Shown: in pieces, positions 24,816 to 36,926 of the stretch
Numbering within the stretch: position 1 is the first letter of the stretch
Layout of the letters: every line of letters begins with the position of its first letter
NCBI GenBank assembly: GCA_001179505.1
Contig: CDMY01000221.1
Span: forward strand, 62,001 to 126,000
DNA length: 64,000 nt
Direction: 5' to 3'
Source of the DNA: Vitrella brassicaformis CCMP3155
Taxonomy: Eukaryota; Protista; Chromerida
Notes under the pieces: model-generated
Told to the model about the DNA's origin: nothing
The model's database searches: none
The model's input: only the letters and a program-made list of their open reading frames with translations
Program-made: the position numbers and the translations under genes

Positions 24816-27019
24816 ATGCCCGTCGCGCGAGCGCTGCAGATCAGGAAGACGTAGGATAGCACAGAAGTGGCCCATGCGGAGCACAAGGATGAATGAGTCT
24901 GCTCACACGTTTGTTTGTTTCATTGATTGCTTACATTGCTGGCAGGAGCTTTGAGTGGCTCACTCGTCGGATCTCCCTCGCCGGATATCTCTCACGCCGC
25001 GATGCAGAAGAGGCCGTCAAGAGCGGACAAGTCACGGTGAGCAGAAGAGATGCCCTGCAATACTATCGCCGGCACTGGTTTTGAGCTGGTTGTGTGTGCA
25101 GGTGGACGGTCAGGTGGTTCGTCAGAATGTGGAGGTGTGCGATGAGCATGAAGTCTTCTACAACGACCTCTATGTGCCGCCGCCCGGCGTGCCCAGGCTG
25201 TGGGGCATCAACAAACCAAAGAACGTCATCTGCACTTACGAGCACAAGAAGGTACGGTACATCCCCTCAACCAGGCGGCTCAGCTGACGTGTATTGTATG
25301 TATCATCACTGGCTGCATTAATGCGCCTCTCAGGACATCATGACGATATTTCAGCTCCTGCGAGAGATGGAGGAGCACTCCAAAACTGACACGTGGGCGT
25401 GCAGACAATGGAATCACACACAAGGGAAGGGCTTGCTGACGGTATGTGTGTACGTGTGTGTGGCTGTGTGCGTCAGTGGGTCAGGCTTCGATCTGCCGCC
25501 CCATCTCGTGCTCGTGGTACGTGCACATAACCAACCAAGCCAAGCATGCTGCTGTGGCCTGAGCACAGACATGGGATGTTGTTGTTGCTGTGTTTTTTTG
25601 TGCGTGTCAACCAACCGTGTATGTGTGCAGGGTCGTTTGCCGGTGAATGCGGAGGGTCTGATGCTCTTCACCAACGATGGCGACTTGGCCAAGAGGCTGC
25701 TCGACCCAAACAACAGAATACAGTCGGTACGCTTGTGTGCACCTACTTACTCACCGCCGTGTCTGGGATGGATGGATCTATGTGATGCCTGCCCTGCCCT
25801 GCCTGCGTGGGTGCCTGCGTCCGTCAGACATACATGGTGCGTGTCCACGGGCGGCTGCCCCCCGACAACCTCAGGAGCATATGGTAGGCTCAGCCGTCTC
25901 GGACGGAAACACTTGCCAAGTGTGTGTAACGGACGGGTGTGTGCGCGTAGGTCTGGTGTGACGGTCAACGGTGTGGACTACGGCCCTGTGTGGGTGGAGA
26001 TCCTACGCAGATGTTGGGCCAGCAGCTGGCTACGGGTGGGTAGGGCGGCTGGTACATGCCTGCCTGGGTGGATCGGGAGGGAGGGCACCATGGCACCACA
26101 CACACATACTCGCCGCTCGTCTCGTCTCCCTCACTCAGGTGCGGTTTGTCGAGACCCGCGACAGGTGCCTTCTCACACTGTTCCGCAAATTCGGCCTCGA
26201 GGTGGGAACGGATGGATGTATGGGCACGGAGTGGTCTCTGACTTGTGTGTGCAGGTGAAGCGTTATCGGCGTCACGCCTTTGGCCCCTACTTGGGCTCTG
26301 AGATCGAGGACGGCACTGTGCTGCAGTTCCCCATCCACAGAGCCATTCGGCATTTGGTTCCCCAGAGAGAGCGGCGGATGAGCATCGTCCCTGCTGCAGG
26401 CAGCCTGGTGGACACTCAGGGCGACGTCAGCTCTATCTTCGACGCTCCCCGCCTGTCGGCAGCACACCACCTTTATCTGTCCGACGACAATGACGAACCC
26501 CACCACCAACACCAACAACACCAGGGAGCCGACCGGGCCGCTGCTGGCGGCTGGACGTATGAGATTGTCGATGGGGAGGGCGGCCCGGCCGTGCCGACAG
26601 ATGAGATGGGAGGGGAGGTCATCGACGAAGGTGAAAACGATGTTATGAGTGCTGGAGATGGCGACTATGGCGAGAGGGAGTCGAGGGCCGCAAGTGTCAT
26701 GGGAAGCGATGAGCCGTCGGCCGCCGAGGTGTTCCACGTCTCTGCAGCTGGTGACAGTGAAGGCGATCCCTCAGTCTCAGCTGAGGATAACAGAGGTCTG
26801 CCGGGCAGCAGGCGAAATGCAGATGCAGCAGACACGATGAGAAAGCGGGAAAGCGATGTGACCACCAGGGGTCGCAAGAAGAAGCCGCCTGGTGGTAATG
26901 GTGTAGCTGTGGAGGTGCGTGAGAGTGTGGGTGTGGGGCTGCCACTGTACGTGCCGCCTGAGAGAAGGTCGGTGGCTCAGGCACTTGACGTGCTGACAAG
27001 ACAGGCAGGCAGGCCATGA
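24816..27019 (+). CDS. RsuA/RluB-family pseudouridine synthase-like protein with an S4 domain; catalytic Asp absent
   Basis: S4-like RRISLAGYLSRRDAEEAVKSGQVT|VDGQVV; INKPKNVICT; GRLPVNAEGLMLFTNDGDLAKRL; YMVRVHG; VTVNGVDYGP; long acidic C-tail. Confidence 0.9.
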
Positions 27020-27352
27020 CTGACGGGCGCTTCTGTGGAGAGTGGGTCACATGAAATGAAGGGCTCAACGGGTGACCTTTGCAATGGTTGGTTGGTTGGT
27101 TGCAGTGCACGTATTCACACGAGACTTGTTTCGGCGCAGACAGACAGAGAATCGGTGTAGTGTATGTTGCAAGCAACGGGGCCAAATGACACACACTGTC
27201 CAATCCAATCCAGACAAGACAGACAGGTCATGACTTATGTCGGCATGGCATGAACAATGCCGCTCGTCCATCCATCCATTCATCCATTGTACACACGGCT
27301 CACGTCCATGCCATCCAATAAAACACGTCACCCAGCAAGCGGCACGATGTCG

Positions 27353-30316
27353 TCACTTGATGTCGTTGGCAAGCCTCACTGCCCGACGGATTGCACCGCA
27401 CTGACATACAGACAGACAGACAGACAGACAGACAACACACCGACACAGCACAACACCAAACCTCACCTTACAGGTACACCGACCGCACACGCGCAAACTC
27501 CATCCATCCATCCATCGGGCTTACCATGCACGCGGCGGCCAGCTGGCCGACAATGGTCTCGGTGTCGGGGGCACTCAACCTGCTCTGCACACACAGCACA
27601 GGCAGACACACATCGTGAATGCGCAATCGGTCACCTGCGGCGCTCACCGCTTTGCATGTGGCCGTCGAGAACGTATAAATGATGTCGCCATCAAACGGCG
27701 TGAAGGCTGGACAGATCGAACGCGCAAACCCTACACAACACACACACACATACAAAGAAAAAGAGAAGCCGGGTCACGCACACGTGGATTGGATAATTGG
27801 ATGGGCATTAATATACATACGGCAATGGGGGAGTGGGGTGGGTGTTGTTGTGGGGTGCTCTGAGGTGAGTGAGTGGTGTGCGTGCATCGCGTCAGTCAGT
27901 GAGTCAGAGTATGCGATCGACCGCTCTCTTCAACCGCTTGCCACGTCAGAAGCAGAACTGGCATGTTGGTCGGCATATCATCACACTCAGCACGCGTGCC
28001 TCGCTCCCTCCCCACCTAGCTGCTGCCTCTCTGTCTGCCCATGCACAGACAGACACACGTACTCACGTACCTGCCGTGGCCATTTTGCCGATCCGCAGGA
28101 GTGCGTTTCGGTCCAAGTCGACATTGGTGAAGACCACACCCAGGGTGGTGCACGTGTGCAGCGTTTCATCACCGGCGCCACTCGGGTTGGCTGCCGGCTG
28201 GTCAAGGGCAAAGTCGAACGACGCAGCGGAGGAATCCTCTGGTGGCATTTCTGAAGACACACAAGAGGGCACGAAGTCACGGCATGTTACCGTAATACCG
28301 ACCGTCGCTGTGCTGACCTTGCAGAATGAAGCTAGCTACATTGACGGGCTGGGAGCTGACTCTGCCACCTGACATAGCATAAGCATGACAGTCATGCAGC
28401 GCACCGCACCTCACCGCACCCACCATGATTTGGCAGCGGTTTTCTCCCCCGTTCCATCCCCCTCCTGCCCTCCCTCACCCACCCGCGAGCACGTCTCCCT
28501 TCTCATCGAGTATGTCCCCAAAGGCGTTGACCACCACACACGCACTGCACCCACACACAATATACACCCATCCCACTTGTTGGCCCTTGACTCAAGGCAA
28601 GTGTGTGTGTATCGGTCTGTCTGTCTGTCTGTCTGTCTGTCTGCCTGCGTGCTGCCTGTTTGTGTCTGATCACCTCACTTGGATGTCGCCCGGCCCGCTC
28701 ATGGACATGACCCCCAAACCGCCACGATCCGCCACAAACCCTGCACCGCATCAGCCGACACAGCAGAGGGAATGACATGACACTCTGGCGTCTTTCTGCC
28801 CAGTCAGCTGCTCACCCTTTGGGCCTTTCTTGCCCACTCGGGCGCCCGTCCCCGCCCCCACAGCTCCCTCACACATGCTGCTGTACGGCGACGAAGCCCC
28901 ACACTGAACCAACACACAGAAGAGTTGAAGGTGCCCGCCCTCCCNNNNNNNNNNNNNNNNNNNNNNNNNNNNNNNNNNNNNNNNNNNNNNNNNNNNNNNN
29001 NNNNNNNNNNNNNNNNNNNNNNNNNNNNNNNNNNNNNNNNNNNNNNNNNNNNNNNNNNNNNNNNNNNNNNNNNNNNNNNNNNNNNNNNNNNNNNNNNNNN
29101 NNNNNNNNNNNNNNNNNNNNNNNNNNNNNNNNNNNNNNNNNNNNNNNNNNNNNNNNNNNNNNNNNNNNNNNNNNNNNNNNNNNNNNNNNNNNNNNNNNNN
29201 NNNNNNNNNNNNNNNNNNNNNNNNNNNNNNNNNNNNNNNNNNNNTCCCTCCCTCCCTCCCTCCCCTCTCTCTTTGGGTGTGTGCGGTCTGCTTACAGCGT
29301 TGTAGACATCGTCTGCCGTGGGCGGCTCGGGCGTGCCGCTGTTGAGGTCATAGATGCACGCTGCAGGGCACACGGGGACGACGCCGCCCACCGTGGACAC
29401 GCCCCGCTGGTGCTCACGCTGCCACCTCAACAATCCGGCGCAACTGCACGAACCAACCACACACACACACACACATCAAATGCACACCCGCATTGGCAGA
29501 GGCACCACCGTGTGTGTGTATGTGTGTGTGTGATGACCTATCGAGTCCAAATGCGCTCCCGCCAGCGAAAAGGAGACCGTGCAGACCAGACACAGAACAG
29601 CCTGCAGACAGACAGGCACACAGATCGGGACGCACAATAAATGAGTCATTGATTCAGTGATTCATTCATCGTAACGTGATCTGCTGTGCTTTGTTATAAG
29701 CCCTCTCTCTGTGTGTGTCTGTGCCCGCAGTAGCTAGAGCGGTTTGACCTGGTTGGAGTGCGAGTGCTTCTCTGGATGCGGGTGCGCTGCCGCAGAGCAC
29801 CAGAGCGCCCTGCATGGGCCGATGGAAGATGAATGCCGTGGCGCCCGTCTGCTTGTCCTCATCGGTGTGCTGCCCCACCGACACGCACCTGTCAAGCCAC
29901 TCAAGCCGCATCTCTCACAAGTGTCTGTAAAACAGATGTGACAGACACAGTATTTGTTTCTGTAGGAGACACTTGAATGAGGACATTCACCACATCAATC
30001 CGTCAACTGTGTACTGTCCGCCAACCCGTCAAATGCACACGCATGGCAGCCCTCGCTTGTAGCTGCCACAACCCCGCAACCGCACCGCACGCACACAACC
30101 GACAGACACGTGTAATAAACCAGCTAATTGCGGCTGCACCAGATTCATAAAATACATCAAACCAGAGAGCTGCAGCAGCAGCAGCAGGATAGGAAACGTG
30201 AATACCGATACAATTCGTGTGGGCTTAAAAACCAGCCCACCGCCCCACCCACCACACGCGCACGAAGCAGCAGCATTCCTTGGCCGTTTGACGCGCTCAC
30301 CGGCATGCATGGGCAT
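27353..30316 (-). CDS. Peptidase family S58 (DmpA / P1-type) protein; interrupted by an N gap, 5' end uncertain
   Basis: VGQHTDEDKQTGATAF; CGSAPASREALAL; HGLLFAGGSAFGLD; VPVCPAACIYDL; VVNAFGDILDEKG; CTTLGVVFTNVDL; ARSICPAFTPFDGDIIYTFST; ends CGAIRRAVRLANDIK*. A possible TM-encoding first exon (IVSVFTFPILLLLLQL) lies near 30100-30316. Confidence 0.85.
28945..29244. other. Assembly gap (300 N)
   Basis: Run of N inside the S58 peptidase gene. Confidence 1.
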
Positions 30317-30658
30317 ACACGACGCCCCCTCCCCTTACACCCCAGCACAGAGAGAGCGAGATCGAGAGCCAGAGAGAGACCCAGAGAGAGAGAGAGAGTT
30401 AGTTGGCAGTGCATCATTCGCCCACATTACACCACTTCACCAAAGTAGACCGACTGCCTTAGGAAGTCATGCACACAGAGCGGCCAATCAATACAGACAG
30501 GCAGACAGTCAGACAGACAGGGGTGAACCGCAGAGTGGACATGCACATGCAAATCCCTGCCTGCACGCACTCTCCCGGATTGAAGGCAAGGCAGTCTAGG
30601 CATTCCAGCGAACAACACGGAACGAATTGCCATGCTTTTCATTCATCCCGCCGCCCCC

Positions 30659-31803
30659 TCACTCGCCATCACCACCCCCATCCCCACCACCACCACCACC
30701 ACCAGCATCCCCACCTCCACCGCCNNNNNNNNNNNNNNNNNNNNNNNNNNNNNNNNNNNNNNNNNNNNNNNNNNNNNNNNNNNNNNNNNNNNNNNNNNNN
30801 NNNNNNNNNNNNNNNNNNNNNNNNNNNNNNNNNNNNNNNNNNNNNNNNNNNNNNNNNNNNNNNNNNNNNNNNNNNNNNNNNNNNNNNNNNNNNNNNNNNN
30901 NNNNNNNNNNNNNNNNNNNNNNNNNNNNNNNNNNNNNNNNNNNNNNNNNNNNNNNNNNNNNNNNNNNNNNNNNNNNNNNNNNNNNNNNNNNNNNNNNNNN
31001 NNNNNNNNNNNNNNNNNNNNNNNNACACCCCCACCCCCACCCCCGACACCCCCACCTCCAACACCTGACTCACCTCCACCTCCACCGATCGACCCACCCC
31101 CATTTCCACCGCCAGCACCCGTGGAGGTGGTTGTGGGTCCATCCCCAGAGGTCGAGTCTGGTGCTGGTGGGTCGACAATGCCATCTGGATTGAACGTGTC
31201 GTCGGCGTTTTCCGAGTCGCCGTTCCTGAGGGGATCAACATTCACACTATGACTGACTGGGTAGTAGGAACACGTGCGTGCTTACGGTCGTGGCAATCCT
31301 GCTCCGCCTCCGCTGCTGCCCCCCGGGAGGCTCCCAGAGCTGCCCGAACTGCTGCTGCTTTCGCTGTCGCCCAGAGAGCTCCATCTATTGAAGCCGGTCG
31401 AGTAGCTTGAGGTTGAGTTGCTGGATACCGAGTCGGAACCGGCATTGTCGGAGCCGGCGCTGCCTCCGAAGATGGCCTCCAGCTGCGCTATTTCCTCAGG
31501 CGTCAGCCCCTGCAGCTCTCGCCGCTGATCTCCGTCTCCTTGATCTGTCACATCATCTCGGCCGTCATCACTCAATCGGTTGGCGCGGCGGAGATGACAG
31601 CGCTGCACAAAGAAGACGACAGGACAGAGCACAGAATGCAGACGCACAATGAGAGTAAGTGACTGCGTTGGTGTCTGCCTTGAGTGCAAATGACTGACCT
31701 GCCAGATGTCAGCGTCTTCGACGACCTCACGGGGGGTGGCGGAGGGCATCCATGCCATCAGGCAGCAGAGAAGCACCGTAACGAGCCGCGATGGTCTCAT
31801 CAT
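30659..31803 (-). CDS. Secreted Gly/Ser-rich low-complexity protein; spans an N gap
   Basis: Signal peptide MMRPSRLVTVLLCCLMAWMPSA; RRELQGLTPEEIAQLEAIFGG; Ser/Gly tract; poly-Gly on both sides of the gap, ending GGGDAGGGGGGGDGGGDGE*. Confidence 0.65.
30725..31024. other. Assembly gap (300 N)
   Basis: Run of N flanked by poly-Gly codon repeats. Confidence 1.
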
Positions 31804-32046
31804 GCCGTGATTTTTTGGTGGCGATGAACTCCGCGCCGAGTTTTGCGATGTGGATATGCACGACACGGAGAGGGCTTGTCGTGCCTCCTCTCGCTTCTCT
31901 CCCCCTCAGCGCGGCAGATCTCGAAAAAGGTGAGTTAGGGGACGCACGACGGTGCGAGCTCGGAAAAGGATTCGGAACTTGAAGAGCAGCTCTGCTAATT
32001 GGCGCAGCCACGATGTGAACTATCACCACACACGCTTCGCTCGGTG

Positions 32047-33661
32047 ATGGATAAGGCAGCGGGACAGGCGGAGTCCGATCAAGCTGATGCCATGCAACTG
32101 CTCATCGACGGGCTGTCGCGTGCCTTGGAGCGCATCACGCTCGACGACCCTTCGTCGTCGGCAGTGTACCACTATTGCTGCGAGCAAGACGACATCAACG
32201 ACGAGCACTGGGGGTGTGTCTATCGCAGCCTGCAGAACGCCCTCCTCTCCCTCAACCACAGCACGCCCCGTGTCGTCGTGGCGGTGCCGCACATGCGCCA
32301 GCTGATGCAACACATGGGCGTCCTCCACATCTATGACGCGCTCAGGCCAAGACACACTACGGCACACAGACGGCGGGAGCACGGGCAGGAGCCAGACAAG
32401 GAGGCCTCTGATGGCGATCGCGACGGTGGGTGTGGTGGTGATGCGAGCGGCCAGCACGAGGAGGACAGCGACTCCTCTTCCTCTTCAACAGAAAGCGACC
32501 GCATTATCCGCCGTGTAGCCTCTGGCGTGTCGAGCGACAACGACGGCCCGTCCACCCCATCCACCCGGTCACCAGGCAGCTCGCCGGCGGCATCTGTCGA
32601 CGGTGACTCGAGGGACAGGGAGAGGAGGCGGGCGGGGGCGGGGGCTGGCGCCGGTCGGTCGAGGAGGGTGCGGCTGTGTGCGCCTGAGGGCGGGTGGAAG
32701 GAGCTGTGGATCGAGCCCGCCACGTGCGGCAAGTATCTGACGGACACGTATGGGTGGAAGGAGGGCAAGGAGTTCAGACTGGTCCTCTACTCGCAGATCC
32801 CCAGGTATGTACGGCAGAGGAGGAGGGAGGGAGAGAGGGACGAGGATGTGGGTGTGTTGTGTTGTGTTGTGTTGTGTATGTGTGTGGGTGATGCAGGCCT
32901 GATGGTATGTTGCGGTCCGTCCCGTCGGACTACTCGTGTCACCTGACAGGGCCCAAGGATGTCATCGCCATGCTCACAGACTACTTCAACCAACACCCGT
33001 ACGCAACGGACGGACGGCCATTCGCACTCACACCCTCACTCAACTCGCACTCGACGCAGCTTCTTCTTCTGCATGTAAAACACGTCATTGTTATTACCAT
33101 GTCGTCTTGTGGTTTGCTTGCAGTGGTACGTATGTGATTGCCGACAATGGCACGTCAGGATACTGCATCGCCGGGGTCGAGGAAGAGGTACGGACGCACG
33201 CCAACACGCCACAACACACCCATACGCAACTCACCTTAGAGCGACGAACGGATCTTATGTGTGTGTGTGTGTCAATCAATCAGGGCATCCGCCTCATCGA
33301 CCCCCACGTCATGACCGCATCCAAGACATCCAAGTGAGACAGTCAGTGGGACCATGACACCTGCCCACATCATGAACCCCCGTCCCCTCTCTGTCTGTCT
33401 GTCTGTCTGTCTGTGTGCAGGTTCATGAAGCTTCGTGACTTCTTTAAGGCGTCCGTGTGGATGATGCTCTTCCTCTACCCGGCAGACATCGAGACATCGC
33501 ACACCAAGGCCGCCCAGCCCGCCGACCCTGGGCCCTGCTCGCCCCCTGCCGGCGAGATCGCCACCCCCGTGTGTCCGGCGGGGACCACAGCGACGCTTCA
33601 CGAGGCCATCATGGCCACCGAGGCACAGGACACGCTGCCCCACATGGCGCAGGAGGTGTGA
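32047..33661 (+). CDS. UFM1-specific peptidase-like protein (peptidase C78), catalytic domain only
   Basis: YHY...DEHWGCVYRSLQN (Cys box), VPHMRQLMQ, WIEP, YVIADNGTSGYCIAGV, IRLIDPH (DPH box), WMMLFLYP. Confidence 0.85.
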
Positions 33662-34550
33662 TGTGACCTGAGAGAGTGTATATCGCAACTCGATGTCTGT
33701 CTGTCCGCCAGCGTACCCACCCATGATTTTTGCTGTCTCGTGAGTGTGCAGTCTGTCCGTCTTTTTGATTGGTGCTCGTGCGTGTGACTGGGGGTGAGGA
33801 GGCGGCGGGGCGGGGGCACCGGTATGTGGTGTGGCTCCTCCCGGCTGACTATTGCTGCTGATGGGTAGGTAGTTGTCTGTCGGGGTGCGGGGTGGTTAGT
33901 TAGTGGTCATTTCGCGCCCTGTCTGTCGGTCCATGATCGCAGCGGGACCGGCGGCACACAATACATACACAGACTCACTCATACGTCGTATCGTATGAAC
34001 CATCTCACTCGTCCGTGCGACGGACCCTCTTTTTGCAGCGAACCGATCGACGGCCAACCCACACACCACACCCTCACAACACACACCAACTGACTGGGCG
34101 GGTGCGTGGCTCTGCGTGCGTGCGCGCGTCTGGTGTGTGCATGCGTGTGCGTATGCGTGTGTGGGCGTGTGTGTATGGGTCTGTCTGTATATATAATATC
34201 CCCATGTTATTGCCGTATTGCTATGGTATACTGGCTGCGTTGTGTTGTGTGTATGTCGCTTGCAGCGTGAGCGAACGAAGCAACAAACTAATTGCGTGGG
34301 CGGGCGGGCGGGCGATGAATGGACTCGACCCACTTGTGTGTGGGGGAGATGGTGTGGTGTACATGACATGTCGAATGAATCATTTTTTGCCTCCACGGAG
34401 GACATTTCGAATCAGCTACCAAAACCCCATCCATTCCATCCATCGACACAGTCAACAACACACCGTGATTGTCAATGGTGTCTCATCGGGCTTGAGAATC
34501 CTTCTCTCTGTTCCGTGTCTCGCCTACACGCAGTCAAGTCACCGACTCGC

Positions 34551-36743
34551 TCACTCCTTGTTGCCCGTCAGGTCTCCCTGGCCGTCGCTGAGCCGTGAGG
34601 TGGACTTGGCCAGCCGCTTGCTGGCGTCCCCTCGCGCCCACCTCTTGCCCCTCTGCGCCGGGTTGGTAACAGACGCCGGCAACACCCGCACACACTGCAT
34701 AACACCACACAGAGACCAGTCATGCGTCTACCCCTTTATGTGTGTGTGTGTGTGTGATGGGTGTTGGGTGACTTGACTGACCCTCCCGTTGATGAACATT
34801 CCGTGTTTGACGGATCCGTCCTTGGTGGACTTGAAGAGCCCCTGGCCGTGCTGGCGGCCGTCCTTCCACCCGCCCTCGTACAGCGACCCGTCGGGCCACG
34901 TCATGCGGCCCTTGCCCGTCCGACGGTTGCTCTGGAAGATGCCCAGGTACTCGGTGCCGTCAGGCCACTTCATCACACCCAAACCATGCATCTCGCCGTT
35001 CAAATGCTGCACACAGAGTGGGCGGTGTGTGTGCGTATATGTGTGTATGTGTGTGTGAGAGACACTCCACTCGCCTGTCCCTCGTAGATCTTGCCGTCTT
35101 TGAACACGAATCTGCCGAATCCCTCGGCACTGCCGTCCTTGAAGTCGCCCTGGTAGACGTTGCCGTCCTTCCACGTGAGTGCGCCCTTGCCGTGGCGGAG
35201 GCCCGATCTGAACTGGCCGATGTAGACCGACCCATCCACACGCACCTCCTTGCCCTCGCCGTGCTTCTCGTCCTCATACCAGTCACCCACATACCTGCCC
35301 ACACATCCACCAACCGATGCACTCCTGTGTACGTCTGTGTGTGTGTGGTGCACCTGGTGCCGTCTGCCCCGAAGAGGAATCCGCGTCCGTGCCGTTTGTT
35401 GTTGACGAACTCGCCCGAGTAGATGGAGCCGTCGGGGTAGAGAATCTTGCCCTTGCCGTGCGCCTGACGCTTTGTCACCGCTACCACCTGCTCACTCAGG
35501 CCAGCCGGCACACACACCACACACACATCGTGTACGGGCGCCTTCCGTGCATTGCTGTCTCGTGTCCGTAATCACCTCTCCCACGAACTTGGCCCCCCCG
35601 CCGAATTGCAGCCTCTTCTTAGGCAGTCCGAATCCCAGTATGTCGGTCTCCTCCATCGCGCCCTCTTCCTTGACCACGCTCACCTCTGTGAGGTCGCCAC
35701 CGCCCGAGACGCCCCTGCCGTCATCCGCAGGCGCCATGGCCACGGATGGGGAGTGGGTCCTCTGCCGAGGACGAGTCTTCTCGACAGTCAGGCTGTCCAC
35801 TGATTGACGCAGGGGCGTCTCGGCGCCCCGACCCTCCTGAACGAACGAGACACGGAGGGAGGCAGGCAGAGAGAACAATGAACGGATGAGAGCAGGGGAG
35901 GCGCGACGCGGCGCGGCGGGGGCTTTGTCTTGCTACCTTGTGAAGTGACTGATGGGGGTCCACGTCTTCAGTGTCGGGTTGCGGGTCAGGGAAGATTATC
36001 GGCTCCTGAGGGCCAACGCATAAACACACAGACAGACAAACAAAGAGAGGACTTTCACTTGCTGAGGTCCGTCGTTTTCAGAATGCATGTATGCATGTCG
36101 GTCGATGCGTGCACACATCGTTGGCCCGCTCAATTTGCATCCGGACCACCGCCCCCCGCATCCACTTCTGTATCTTTGCCGCAGACTCATTGCGCTGATT
36201 GAGCTCAGCTGCCACCCTCACTGTCTCTGCCCGCTGCCTTCTCAGCCCCGCTGTGGCCCTATACGCCTTGCGACCCCTGAAAATTGCCTGGATGCGCAGG
36301 GCAGACTTCTCCAATAGCTCCTGGCAAAGCAGACATCACACCCTCATGCAGGAGGAGGGCGGCACTTGTGCCGCTTGTGTGTGCCTTATCGTTACCTCCT
36401 TGGGCGAAATGAGTCCATGTCGGTGATACCAGCCGTCTTCGGTGCGGGGCGCGTCAAATGAGGCCTGCATGTCGGACAGCAAGAGGAAGAAGCAACGCGC
36501 TGATCTGATTCATTCATCCTGCACGTGGATGTGTTGATTTCTTACGATAGGGATCTGCGTGGCAGCTCTATAGAGCGGGTCGCTGGCAAGCTCGTCCTGC
36601 AGAGGGAAAGGAGGAGGATGCCAAACCAAATCAATGACAGACAATCATCAAGACACGAGTGTTGAATGTCACATCAGCTGTACCTCAGCTCCACCGCCAT
36701 CACCCTTCTCTTCTTCCTGCCTCTTCTGACGCTTCGATGCCAT
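34551..36743 (-). CDS. IQ-motif plus MORN-repeat protein; exact start uncertain (36470-36743)
   Basis: IQ motifs IQAIFRGRKAYR and IQKWMRGAVVR. About 8-9 MORN repeats, e.g. YSGEFVNNKRHGRG, YVGDWYEDEKHGEG, YIGQFRSGLRHGKG, YEGGWKDGRQHGQG. Confidence 0.88.
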
Positions 36744-36926
36744 TCGTTTGTCCAGCTTCAAGTTGGTTGAGCCTCTCTGCCTCTCTCTCCGCGTTCAAGT
36801 TCGAGACTGGGGGGTGGCTTGCCCCCACCAGAACCCCGAGTCACTGGCAGTCCCCTTTATCTCCCGCAGAGGCATCGTTTCGAAAGGCGAAGGAGCATTG
36901 ATCACACTCCCCTTCATTCATCGGCC

